Shown here: positions 39,301 through 51,615 of the stretch, piece after piece
Layout: every line of letters starts with the position of its first letter
Numbering within the stretch: position 1 is the stretch's first letter
NCBI GenBank assembly: GCA_046563655.1
Contig: CM102285.1
Coordinates: 9,920,001-9,984,000, forward strand
Length of the DNA stretch: 64,000 nucleotides
Origin: Yuukianura sp. NJ FZ-2021
Lineage: Eukaryota
Direction: 5' to 3'
The notes under the pieces: generated by a model
The model's database searches: none
What the model saw: the letters and a program-made list of their open reading frames with translations, nothing else
Told to the model about the DNA's origin: nothing
Translations under genes and position numbers: made by a program

Positions 39301-41741
39301 TAACAATGCTATAGACAGTAAGGTATGTTCAAATGAAATAGAACACAATAACTTTCCGCTTAGGAGTGAATATTTTGACAAGTAATTTACGGAAATCCTT
39401 TCACCATGACTGCTTTTCTTTTGTTGCTGTGGTTTTACCTAGGCGAAGAAAAATCGAGATGTCGAGATCAAGTTGTGGTGAGTGAGGGAGCCACAAAGTT
39501 GCTAAGTACCTGTGGAGACCACGGTTCAGCCATTGGGATCCTTTCTGTTACAAACCGTGTCAATGTCACTTTCATTCCGGAAAGTCGCCTTGCTTTCCCC
39601 AAACGAGGATTTCTTCTATACTTCAAAGGTAACAATTTCTTAGGTTCTCCTTCAGCGAGTATCAAACAAAACAAATTGGAAGCGAGATTTGCTGACTATA
39701 AGCTTCAGCTTTTTCTAAAAATAGAATCAGAGTTGTTCTTAGCATGAGAACACGATGAAAGCATTTTCTTTGAGGTGTTTTGAAATTGGCATAACCTTTG
39801 AAATAATAACGACACAAAAGACAAAAGAGCCATGCGAGGCTATTAGCTTTCGCAGAACTCGAAGTTCACAATTTATTCCCAGAAATGTTTATTTGCAATT
39901 TACTTTCTCTATTGACACAGATTTCAGAATTTAGTCTAATGGTGCATGTTCCCCAATGACACAAGTTTAGAATACTGGTTCCAAAAGTTTCTAAAGAAAT
40001 TTAGCCTTTTGGAATTAACTTTTTGAAAGCCAGATTTTAAAATTTTAACATGCTTGTCCCAGCACGTATCCACTTTCCAGAAGCTTTTCGTTAACGCTAA
40101 AATTCACTTTGCTTGTAATAGGCCTTGGCTGTTCAATTCGTTCTGTCCAACCCTTGAATTCTTACATTGTCTATCAAAATGGTTCTCATGCTCTCTATCA
40201 CTGCGTACCTGGCTACATTTTTCCTGGAAGCTTGTCACCATCGCAGTGGGTTGCATGCAATGCTCGCATGGTGCTTAACAATAAGAACTTTCTCCATTGT
40301 GAAGGTATTTTATTGATAAAATATAAAAGATTGAAATATAAAAGTAGGACTTTCTGAATAACGTTATATTAAAAGGCGTTGTGCCGACAAAACCTTAATT
40401 CAATCCTAAAATCTAAAATCTGACGACTTTGCTTTCACTTTGTAGAGACGGCACTGAATCTTGGAACTTTGGATCCAGAAAATGACCTGCGGTGGCGTAC
40501 AGACTCCAAAACTTTTGATGCTAAGCTGTTTCAAGGTGAATCTTTTCTTGAGAACAGCACAAAATGTTTCAGTTTCATTCACTTCCATTTAAGTTCTGCT
40601 TAAGTAAAACTAATTTAAGATTTGTTTAATGAGTTTCCAGATACGGGAGTTCCTATTCTTGTGCTTCTAGGCCTCTTCGTTTTGAACTTTGGAGTTTTCC
40701 TTTGGATTCGACACAAAAGACGACTGTAAGTGAACATCCAGCTCTGCTTGAATTTTTCGAACTTCCTCCCCTTTCTTCTCGACGTTTTTCTTTTTCAAAA
40801 AAAGAAAAAAGTGAAAGTTCTTACTTTAGTTTTTTCTTTCTCTGTGTGAAACCTGAGCTTTGTCTAAGGATTTTTTCGTATTGCTTACTTAGTAGAATTG
40901 ATCCTAATTTAATTGGAAAACTATTTGAGGAAGGATTGGAGCTTAAGCAAGGTCTACCAGTCCCTTTGACTCCCTTGCGTCTCTCAAACTATCCACTTCT
41001 GTGTTTTAGAGACTGTCATTTGTGTCTCTGGTTTTCGTAGAAGTTGTTGCAGCAGGATTAGGTCAAAGATTCAAAGATTATTTGAAATGGCCATGCCCAT
41101 TCAACAATCATAGTATGATCACTTTTGTGAGAGCAACTTACTTTCTTCTGTGAGAAACTTTCGTCCCTCGGTTTCATTGAAACTGTAGTGCCAATTAGTT
41201 CAAAAAGCTTCGGTAGTTTTTAAGCTGCATTGCACCCAAATCTAAAACTTTAATTTCTGGTTTATTTTCCAGTCTTCTGAGTCGACAGCTGAATGGAACC
41301 AGTCCAGAATTTGGAACGGATTCAGCCACCACGCCTGACGAAAGTACTTTCACCTTGTCAAGTACAGGTTTCGAAGATTTAAATAACAGCCGTGGAAGAG
41401 TAGAAAGGCCGAGAAGATTTGTTCAACAGGACGACGAAGTCAGAGGTCAAGATGATGTTAGAGGTCAAACGGAATCAACGAGCCCTAGGACAGGGGAAGA
41501 TGGCGGAGGAGGTGATGAGGTACTTGAAATTCAAGCCAACTCCGAATCGGATTTTGATTCTCAAGATCATGTCCTCACCAGAAGTGGGTATGCTCTGCTA
41601 CCTCAAAACGAACGAGTCAGTCCGAGTACGTCCAGTATGCCTTCTACAAGATCCAGTTTCGTTCCAAGTGGGTTAAGTCCAGCCAGTACTCCTAATACTT
41701 TAAGCCACTTCTCTGGAATACGTCGTTCTACTCCCGTCTAA
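30391..41741 (+). CDS. Type I membrane protein: signal peptide, SUEL/galactose-lectin-like domain (with large insertion), CUB, CCP/sushi, TM, Ser-rich cytoplasmic tail; ~701 aa
   Basis: Exons 30391-30469, 31086-31293, 31360-31899, 34496-34629, 38951-39121, 39443-39628, 40122-40304, 40446-40496, 40641-40725 and 41273-41741 splice in frame. Signal peptide MPLSPALRPLLALLLLLLIL. CUB motifs GFILNPGYPDVY..CQWRL..FLDISL..C.D....CG....RGFLLYF. Sushi motif C...ALYHCVPGYIF...C...C. TM segment VPILVLLGLFVLNFGVFLWI followed by RHKRR. The small 40446 exon is the least certain. Confidence 0.8.
34779..34844. repeat. ~32-bp imperfect tandem repeat x2
   Basis: ggccatgtgaacacaacacgcattgtaact followed by ggccatgtcagcacaacacagtgtaatt and ggcca. 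Confidence 0.6.
35862..36063. mobile_element. MITE family A, copy 3
   Basis: CAGAAAATGAAGGCAACGCTTTCACCAGAAGTTGATTTTTAAATC ... CAAAATCAACTTCCGGTGAAAGCGTT. The internal AAAAAGTAAAAGTATTGG..GCATCTAC..GAACCAG is shared with copies 1 and 4. Outer termini are eroded. Confidence 0.8.
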
Positions 41742-42701
41742 AATGTAAAGGTTTCACGAAGGACCCAAAAGTCTGATGCCAAGTCTTGCATTTCCGTGTG
41801 GGGAAAATCTAGACTTTAAATTTGGGAGACTTTAAATTTTAGTATTCAGGAGGAACCTTCGGAGTCTTGTCTTTACGGTGACACACTTAGCTTCAAAAGG
41901 ATTAAGGGAGCGTGAAAGCGTATAGAAAAGGCGGCTAGACAGGAAAGAGGAAATTATAAGTCAAAGGTAAGGAGATCAGTGGGACGCAAGTGGGTGTTGG
42001 AAAACAAAGAAAAATTATAAGAGAAGGCCATCAAAGATTGAGGAAGGGAGGCTTTTTCTCAGGCAAAGTTTATAGGGCGTGTGATGAAGAGAGGTCAAGG
42101 TTAAGCTACCTTTCAGGCTTTACATTTTGCAGAAGACGCCTTTTAGAAAGGAATATTTAATTCACAGTTTCTTATTAAGTTGAAAATGGCTTTAATTTGA
42201 GTTAGTAATTTGTGTTTGTGTAACAACTAATTATTTGGAACAAAGAAAACAGGAACAGCGGAACAGGTTTAGCAGACTTCTCAAAAGTTTTAGCTAAACG
42301 CAGGGAAAATTTCCACATTAATAGAAATTAGTAACAGTTAACATTCTTATCATAATTAAATCACTTTCACTTTAATAGAAACAATTATTAAAAACTGAGC
42401 TGTTGTTCATACAAAATCAGAAACCAAAAACTGAATCTTTTCTTACAGTCGAAGAATGCAATGCGACGAAATTAGGCAACTCAGAAACTAAAGGAAAACG
42501 GTTTTGAGCGCTGGAGCTTATGTTTTAAGTTTAAGTTTTTAAGGAAGCTTATCAAGAAACGCCAATGTTCAACCTTAAACTTTAGAAGTGGATTTTAGAG
42601 AAGCTGTTGATGGATTGAAGAGGCATGAGATATAATCCTTAGTGAAAGTTGGCTTTCACTTTTGCTTAACTTTGAGCTAAGGGGCGGCTCTTCTGTGGCT
42701 T

Positions 42702-45700
42702 CTACAAAGTAACATAGGTAGGTGAAGTGGCTACACCACAGTTGTTGTCCTTTCGAGACATGAGAACGTAACCATCGTTGCCCCAGTAGTTGGACCACGA
42801 ATTCTTAACGAGCCAATACGGTTCGTTCTTGAGCGTTCCGTAACCCACGGCCAACACGGCATGATCAAGTTGGTCTTCTTTGTTTCCTGAAATGACCAGT
42901 TTCAAATTTAGATTAAATTTAATTTTCGACCTACGTGCGTAGGTTTAGGAAACAAGTTCACAAAACATTTTGAAATCAATAATATTATAGAAAAGACGTG
43001 AGAAATTATTGGATCTGAATTCCAAACTTGTAGTTTTCTATAAAAATACTATTTTGTAGTTCTATATTTCTATAAATTTGAAGTTTTTATAGTATTTTGA
43101 AACTGGTAAATTGCATTGAGTGGAGAGTTAAGTGTGGTGATAATGAAATTATGAACCACTTGGTCCTGCAACCGTGTCAAACATTGCTTGAAACATACTA
43201 CTAACCCTAACCGCAAACCTTCACTTGCCAAATAACCTAGTGGTGAAAGTTAATTTGTCGAACTCACCACAAGTTGGTTCGAAGTAGACGCCGTTGGCGT
43301 AGAACGAAAATGACTTGTGTGAAGCATCGATGGCAACAGAAATAGGGCCTTTCTCTGCAATTGCCAACTTCAGAGCACCTTCATCTCCAGAAGTGACATT
43401 TACGTAACCTAGATCGAGAAAGAAAAATTGATCAAAGGAGGAAAAAACTTTATCATTTTTTTCACTAGAAATCAACGCCAGGAAACTTTCAACTCAATTT
43501 AACCCAACTTTATTAATAGTTCCTTTACCCGTTATTTTAGCGGCCATGTTCGTGTTATTCGCAACGTGACAGAAGCCATCCTAATGAAAGAAAAAAGAAA
43601 CAAATTGTAATTAACTCGGGTTCATAAATTTCACACAGGGCGGCAGAAAATGAAGGCAACGCTTTCCTAGGGAGTTGATTTTTAAGTCGTGCTTTCGCGA
43701 GTACTTGATAATTAAAATCCAAAAAGTATTGGCAGCATCTTCAACATGAACCAGCGCTTCGTCTAGTATATTAGATTTGAAAGTCTTGTGAAAGCAAGAT
43801 TTAACAATCAATTTCCGATGAAAGCGTTACATTTATATTTTGGCGCCCTGTGTAACCAATCTTAATAAGAATAAAGATAAGTGCAGAAAGTAACACAAGG
43901 AAGAAAAAGTAATTATGGTTAACCACAGAATTTCAGGTTTTAGATTGAAAAAGTTGAAAATTTTGATGAAAAGGAATCAATCATGCTCTGAATTCAATTA
44001 AAGCGAATAGTAAACAAAATAAAACGTTTATGAACTTTTCTCCCTCATGAGTCAGGAGTAAACAAAAAGTTTGAATGAACCTTCGTGACTATCGGGAGCT
44101 CCTTCTTGTTTTTCTGCTTTTGGCTTCCTTTATACGTAAAAAAGTAGTGAAAGTGAATTTGACACTTACAATGCCAAGGTAGGGTCCATAGGCGTCTGCT
44201 GCCGGGATTCCGCCATGCTTGAGCATCCACTGGTAGGCTCTGAAGTCCTCTCCGCCATCACATCCATTATTCCCTTCACCCCAAGAACAATCAATCAATG
44301 CCTGGAATTTATCAAAATAGAAAACTATAAGCGAATTTCTTCTTTTTTCTACTCTGATGGGCTACATATACCGCTCCACTACTTGTAGTACCTACGTTTG
44401 GCGCAGTGTTTCAGTACTTTCATTGGAGAGGTTATATTGTGTCTCGTTTTTAAGACGGCACTTTTTGCTTTCGTCGCTGTTTCGCTCCTAGTGCGAAGCT
44501 TATTGAAAAACTAAGTTTAAGCACTTTCTCCATTAGGTTTATATAAAAAATTTCAAAAGATTGATTAATTTCAATTCCTAAGGTTAATTAGGCAGATTTT
44601 TTTTTTTTTACAAATTTGAAAAGTGTTTTCTAAAAAATGCAGAATTTAACAATTGTCCGTTAAGCTTCTCGATTTGAAAAAGTTATTGATTGCGGCTAAT
44701 GTATGAAGTCGTACTTACGCCACTACTGCCTAGCAGTATGAAGAGTTTTCCTCTGCATAATTTTCTACTTTTTTAAGTTTGTTTTAATATGTTTTAGAGA
44801 GCAAAGGTATTTTGAGAATTTGGAGAGGAACATGGTTTGGTAGAAAGTCCAAGTTGATATGAGAGTAATATGCGTAAACACTAATTGTTCGACGGAATAT
44901 TTTTAATTGAAAATCGTGTTCCTCGTTTGTGACAATTTGATGAACGTGAACATGCCTGCCACGATGTTATGCGGGAAGTGAAAGTAAAAGTAGCTCACCT
45001 GTTGCGAAAGACGCACGAGTTCTCCTGTTTTCAAAAAGTGTGCTCCTTCCACTGCTCCAATTGTTCTATACATTTAATTAAGAAATACTTTCAAAAACCT
45101 TAAACAAACTTTTGAAAGTTAGTGACTGACTATCCACAAAAACATTTTCATTAAAATTGTTAACAAAAGGAAGGAAGTTACCCAAAACTCCAACAAGAGC
45201 CGCACACACTTTGATCTTAAAGGAAAACAAAAATCGGAACTTTAGTTCTCTTTTTGCAAACTTTCTAGTAAAAACTAAAGTTAAAGCAAAAGAAAGTCAA
45301 ATCTATTGTTAACTCAGATTCTTAATGCTTAAGGGTACCTTTAACGGGTGTGACAGCTCCATACAGTCTCCAGTCAATGCTTTCTGGTAATCCGGCAGAT
45401 TCAATTTCCTTGGTGGTGTAGGGAAAAGGATTTCCACCGTTATAGCCGCGGGAGTAGAGCTTTCCACGTAGAAGCTAAAAGGAGAAAGCCAAAAAAACAT
45501 TGAAATAATTAACAGGGAAACCGCTACACTTTCCTAAGAGATTGTATTCAAAACGCGTTGTGTAACCCAAGCATCCCCGGAGCCGCGGCTTTAATATCTA
45601 CATAACGCAATACGTAACATGTACCATAGCGTAGGTGTCAAAACCGGATTATCACGCACGCAGTTCTTCAGATCTCATCTCTCACTTTTTATTGAAGTGG

Positions 45701-48700
45701 AAGTTTTCAGAAAAGCTGCTCAGCTCCCCCAACTTTCTCAAAAAACAAATAATGCTTGTTGCAAGATTTTTTTTTCCGAGAAAATGTTTCCAGAAAGCTT
45801 TTCCATTTAGTTTTTCCACTGTTTCTTGGTTAAAATAATTGTCGTTTAAATCAGTTTAGGTGAGGTTTATGTAACATAAGCTTTGTTTCCAATTATGCAC
45901 TTACTCAGAATTTTTTTCATAAAAAAAGATTTACCTTTCTCTCTTCGTCAGTCTTGTCTGCAAGGTGATTGATTGCAAGTCGATAGCTGAGTCCTTGTCG
46001 ATTCTTGCTATGAACAAATCTAAAGTTGTGCCGAAAAATGTCACGTCGTTTTTCCATTTCCTTGTCATGTTTGTATCTCTTGTTATGAGTATTAATGAAG
46101 TCAACGAATTCATTTGCAATATGCTCATCATTCCCATGGATGAACTCTGCAATAGGATTGAATGAAGCCTTCGTCATGTGATGCTCTGCTCCTGGTCCAG
46201 GGAAGTTTCCACAGGATAAACCTTGATAAAGAAAAGAATGAACAAACAGATTGTTACTCAGCAATCAATTTTCAGCGAACGACACGAATTACGTTTCATT
46301 ACTTTGTCTAACTGAAAAGCGTATCATTTTTCTTAAGAATAAGGGACCCGCTTTTAGAAGGCTCACTTTCTTTAATACATGTTTACACGGGACAAAAAGA
46401 GGGTCGTATGACAACTTCAACAAATAGTGAAAGCCTAGGCGTCGAATTACTCCAGTCGAAGAAAGTATTTGGAAAGACAAAATAAAGGAAAGCGTGAAAC
46501 CAGAGAGCGAACAAACAGACGGCTAATTTGAGCCATTTCTGCTTCACATAAAAGGAAAACCGGGAAATACACGCAACTAGAGATGGAATCAGGAAGGGGA
46601 AGTAGCAATTCAAATTCCCGAGAAAGAAAAAGGCGCTGCATCTTCTTGCGACTGAGTTTCTTTATCTAATAACGTCTCTAACTTTTTTGGCTTTGCAATC
46701 CGAAATAAGGTTTCTGCTATCTTAAGATTTAGGTGTGCTAGTAACCCTGGCTAATGAAAAAAAAATCAATCAATAACGATAATAATTCACTGGAGTTCGA
46801 TTTTTTTTCCTTTGAAACACAATTTTTGAGACAGCAACTCTTCGACAAAAAAGCAATTCAAGACTGGAGCAAAATAACGCGGTTGAAAGTTTTAGATTTT
46901 CTTTCCGTTTGGACAGCTAATTGCATTTGCTACGGGAATTCGGTATTGGTTTCCCTTCTAGTAATGAGATACTGCTTACCCTCGAGGATAACTGAAATTT
47001 GGTTTTAATGAGATACTGCTGAGTCCCAGCAATACCTTAAATTTTGATTACAAACTACTACTCTAGTACTCTTGAAACAACTCCTACTTTTGAAAATGCA
47101 TAGGGTGTAACCATACTAAATTCAGTTTGCGCAGACTCTGTGCTCGCGCGTTATAAAGCAACGCTAGGGCCTCGAATTTCTCCGCGGATTGTGGATTAAC
47201 CCCAAATCCCCAGGCAGAGTATCAAATCCCCGGGAAAAGTCATACACTGATTTTCCAAGGAAACTTTTAATATTTGTTTAATAAATTGGAAAAGTTAATT
47301 TGTGAAGTGTAACTACCTGCAGGTACTCTGAAGATGTCTGGTGAAATGGGTTCTCCAGAAAAGTAGTTGTAGTTGAGGTAGTAGTGGTCGTAGTGTGATC
47401 CCAGCAGAGTGTTGTAACCTCTCATTTCATACTTCACTGGAATCCCAATTTCTTCACTCGGATCTTCTGCAGACGCCTAGGATGAAAGGAAAAAGAAAGC
47501 ACGAGGTGTCTTATTTAGTTTTCTATTTACTATTATTAAATTCCTTCTTCCTAGAAACTGAAGAGCACTCTCTTTGAAATTCATTTCAAGGAGGCTTTTT
47601 TAATATTCAGCACAGATTCTGTTCCAGAACACATTTTTCTAAGGGAGGTCAATTCAATTGAAGAAACCTTCTTCACGAAAGTGATTGGAACTGTGGCTAC
47701 TATTACGTGACTCACCACTGATCGAATCCAGTAAAAGTACTTGTTCACTTTCTGTCCCTTGGTTTCCTCCAACTTGTACTTTTTACAGACATGGCCATTC
47801 ATGAACTCCCTTCCGACATACTAAATCAACAAATCCAAATACAACATAAACAATAAAATTCATGCTCGAGCTAAAATTTTGTGTCAAAAACTCTAAAATT
47901 GCAAGTCTTGAAATAAAATAAAACGCAACTTTTTCAATTTGGAACAACAAAGAAAAGTGGAGAAAGTCTACGACTCAAAGATAAAAATGAGACGAGAGAA
48001 TTTTATAACATTGTTGACAGAGTTGGTGGTTCATAGAAATGTTGATTCTGTTACCGTAAACCCAGTGGGATTGGGAATAATGCTCTGGGCTCCAATTTTA
48101 TTATCCTTTGTACCGTTGACCTCGAAGCAAGTGAGTTGATTCGTGACAGTGTCTGTCGTCATTGGCACAATCTTCCTCATGACCCCAAAGTCACCTTCAG
48201 TTCCCAGTTGAAAAGTTTTCGAAACTCCTGAATTTGATGAGCAAAGCCAAACAAAATTTTGTTAATTCTCACTTTTTTCAAAAAAACAAAAGAAAATTTA
48301 TTATTGCCACCCACCGATTAGGAGAGGAGAAAGGAGAAAGCTACAAAAGGTGAGGATTTGTAATTTAAATGAAGAAAAAGATGCGATTAACCTTCAGTTG
48401 AATATTTTTGGTACCATATTTTGATTTGAATTTCAAAATTTTGAAAAGTATTTCCAAACATCACGAGTTGTATTACCTCCATAGAAATCAATTCGACTGA
48501 CGCCAGAATCTTGATCGACCCAAGCAGCAAATGGTTCTTCAATTTCAGCATATGGAATGTACAGGGTTCCACGAGTGATGTAGACTGAACTGATCTTTGG
48601 AAAATCATCTTCGTCAACAGAGTTGTTGTGTACACCACATTCAATGATCCCTGCTAACCAAAAGCCGAGGTTCACTAAAGTACTTTGATTAAAAGCTACT

Positions 48701-48881
48701 TTCAAAAGCCTACGGACTTCAAAGAAACTTTTAAAAAATTGACGCTTGTTTGCTACTTCAAATGCATTGGTGAAAGTGGAAAATATTTTCGCTGAAAACT
48801 AGCCAAATTCAAAGTATTTTTTAATGATGAAACCTTACCCAAGCCGAGGTAGAAGATTAGGAAACATGATTTCCAAATCAT
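42702..48881 (-). CDS. 26-29-p: 26/29-kDa proteinase (papain family C1A cathepsin-L-like with long N-terminal domain and I29 propeptide)
   Basis: Signal exon 48881-48839 ([14 protein letters not shown]). N-domain motifs [25 protein letters not shown] and [23 protein letters not shown]29 ERFNIN-like [19 protein letters not shown]. Mature domain: [29 protein letters not shown] (catalytic Cys), [21 protein letters not shown] (His) and YWLVKNSW (Asn). Stop at 42702. Confidence 0.93.
43636..43850. mobile_element. MITE family A, copy 4 (in cathepsin intron)
   Basis: Terminal inverted repeats CAGGGCG ... CGCCCTG, with the same subterminal inverted repeats and core as copies 1 and 3. Confidence 0.8.
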
Positions 48882-49552
48882 TTTCTTTCTGATGCCCGGG
48901 TAAAATCCCGTTCCAAAGTTCGAGATTTGGAAACCCTGGAACAAGTTACAAAAGTAAATCTAGTGAAAAGAATGGATATCTGGAGTAATGTTGAAAAGTT
49001 AAGACGAAGAAACTGACACTGAACTGGCTGAGTCAACAGGCAGCAAGCTTAGAGCTGTAGAAGGGGATTAGTATCATCAACGGAAGAAGTGGAGCTCATG
49101 AGGTCATAAACAAGGTTCTGCGGGGTCAAATGTCAGGGTCTTTTTGAGTGGTACATCTTAAGCCTTACTTCAAAAGTACTTGTTATTTCGAACTTGTTGA
49201 CTCGTAGTAACCTGAACTTCCTAATAACAAACAGCTTATATTCATAAAACCATTATCAAGAATTTCCATTTGAGTATAATGGCTATTTGCGTCATTTTTA
49301 TTTTTGCACTAACGTTTCTCTAATGACTTGACTTCTTAAATGTGACTATATATTTTAACTATTAATACGAGAGAGTTAAGATTTAACCCCTTGCAGTTTG
49401 GAAAACACAAACAAAATTTTGTTTATGAGAGTTTAACTAAGATTTGCTTGGGGAAAGGCAATGAAAATGATGATTCCTCTCTGATTAATGTTAGAATTCT
49501 TCTAGAAATCTTACTTAACCATGAATGTTAAATTCCTGTTTATAATTAATAG

Positions 49553-50526
49553 CGTAGCAGGTGAAATGGTCAAAACAATTTGGCCAAAAGTGAAATGATC
49601 AGAGGTGAAAAGGCCAGAAGTGAAATGGCCAAAAAGTGAAAATATCAGAATTGAAATGGCCAAAAAGTGAAAAGGCCAAAATCTAAAAACGCCAAAAAGA
49701 AAATGGCCAAAAAGTGAAATGACCAAAAAGTGATAACGCCAAAAAGTGAAAAGGCCAAAATATGAAAAGGCCAAAAAGTGAAAAGCCCAGAATTAGGAAA
49801 AAATTACTTTCAGTGGGTAACTCGCATTTTCTTTATTTTTTATTTTTATTTGCGAATATGACCCCCTGACCATGAAAAAAAATTTTTTTTGGCCCGCTCT
49901 CAAAAATTTCGAATTTTCGGAAAATTATGAAAAATGCAATTTCGCTATAAGGGCACACGTTAATTTTTTCTCAAAATAGGTCTTAGCTTATATTTTGTTA
50001 GGTTAGGTTACGTTTTTAAGTGCTTAAGCAATTGTGTTATAGCATTTAGGCTAGATTTGGTTAACTTACAAAAAATGGAATTTGTTTGTTTAGAAAAAGT
50101 TAACATGGAGTATTTCCCCATTTTTTACAAATTTTAAATTTTTAAATATTTATATTTTACAAATTTTTAAAAATTTGAAATATTTCAAATAGATCGCAAA
50201 AAATATATTTTCGTGGCAGAGGGTCATATTTGTATTAAAAAAATGTAGAAAACCGAGTTACCCACTGAAAGCATTTTTTTTCCTAATTCTGGTCTTTTCA
50301 CTTTTTGGCCTTTTCATATTTTGGCCTTTTCACTTTTTGGCGTTTTCACTTTTTGGTCATTTCACTTTTTGGCCATTTTCTTTTTGGCGTTTTTAGATTT
50401 TGGCCTTTTCACTTTTTGGCCATTTCAATTCTGATATTTTCACTTTTTGGCCATTTCACTTCTGGCCTTTTCACCTCTGATCATTTCACTTTTGGCCAAA
50501 TTGTTTTGGCCATTTCACATGGAATC
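49553..50526. mobile_element. Non-autonomous foldback DNA transposon (974 bp) with long, subrepeat-rich terminal inverted repeats
   Basis: About 270 bp of near-identical inverted arms, more degenerate out to ~330 bp, built from ~10/20-bp units such as GCCAAAAAGTGAAAT. The 8-bp direct repeat ATTAATAG flanks the element at 49545-49552 and 50527-50534. No transposase; AT-rich spacer containing GTTAGGTTAGGTTA. Confidence 0.88.
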
Positions 50527-51615
50527 ATTAATAGACACCTTATAATTTTTTTTTTTGAAAATCTCATTCAAAATCAAACCAGAATGAAATTTTAATTTCT
50601 GAAAATGACTTTTTAATCACTAACTCTGTACACTTTCTTTAAGGAAAAAAAAGCGAGAAACTTAAAACTGACATGTTGCTGTGAGTTTAAAGAATTTCGG
50701 GATGCAGTTGAAGCGTACAGGAACGATTGTTCAAATGGTTTCTTAAAAAATATTATTAAAATCAAAATAAAACGCTTACGCCTTCTTTCCTGTGAACTTT
50801 TTGGAAGTTGTGATTGGTCCAATAAGCTGCCAGCAGTTAACTCATATCCAAATATTGAAAGTGTGTAAATATTTTGAAACTTGGATAATGTGATTGAACT
50901 TTTCCTCTTAGAGCTCAGCTGTATGAATGAATGTGTAGCAGATGATGTTGGATGGAGATCTACTAAAAAGAAATAATTTTCAAGGTTGTTCATATATTTG
51001 TCTTTGGTACACAAAATTGCCTTCAGGCGATCTCCGTTTCATTCAATTTTTTCGCAGGCTTAAATACAACCACTTTGCGGAGATGTCCAAGATCTAAATT
51101 GTAGTGGATGGTAAAAACCAACATCATCTTTCAAATCATAAATTTTAAATTTCAAATCAACCAGAAACGGCATGGACATACACATAATTGTACTCGTTTA
51201 AGGCCAAAGTAAGCGCCCTTGCACGTGAATGAACGCTGTCGAATAACTGAATAATTTTTCAATTCTTTTTGGAAATCTCATTTTGTCAATTAAAAATTTG
51301 AATTCGATGTAACAAATCACGCTTAGTTTTGGAAGAGCGTGAATTTGTACTCGGGAATTATTAATTTTAAAATTACTTTTAATGATCTGTATTATTACGT
51401 ATTTACACGTTTATACGTAAAACGTATTTACACGTACGTAACGTAACAGAGTAATGTTTACGTGTGTTTTGTGAAGTTAAGGATGCAGTTGACAGAAGAA
51501 CGCCTTTTTCAGAATTTAAAATTACAGGTAGATTGTCATGATGAGGAACAAATGCAGGAAGGTGCGGCACAGCATAGTCGTCTTCAGCCAGTTTTTTAAA
51601 CAGCACTTTGTCTAG

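Noticed and set aside
45540..45680. GC-rich intronic stretch with possible two-hairpin H/ACA snoRNA layout on the minus strand
   Set aside because: The H and ACA boxes are low-information and the upper stems are unconvincing by eye. It needs an Infernal/snoRNA search.
49560..49790. Repeat array superficially resembling a CRISPR array
   Set aside because: There are no unique spacers and no cas genes, the context is eukaryotic, and the units are TIR subrepeats mirrored at 50290-50520.
49997..50011. TTAGG repeats suggesting telomeric sequence
   Set aside because: Only 2-3 units, internal to the transposon, and not a telomere array.
49511..50595. Two near-identical Phe/Gly/His-rich ORFs on opposite strands (MAFSYFGLFTFWR...)
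   Set aside because: They are translations of the foldback element's inverted subrepeat arms, not genes.
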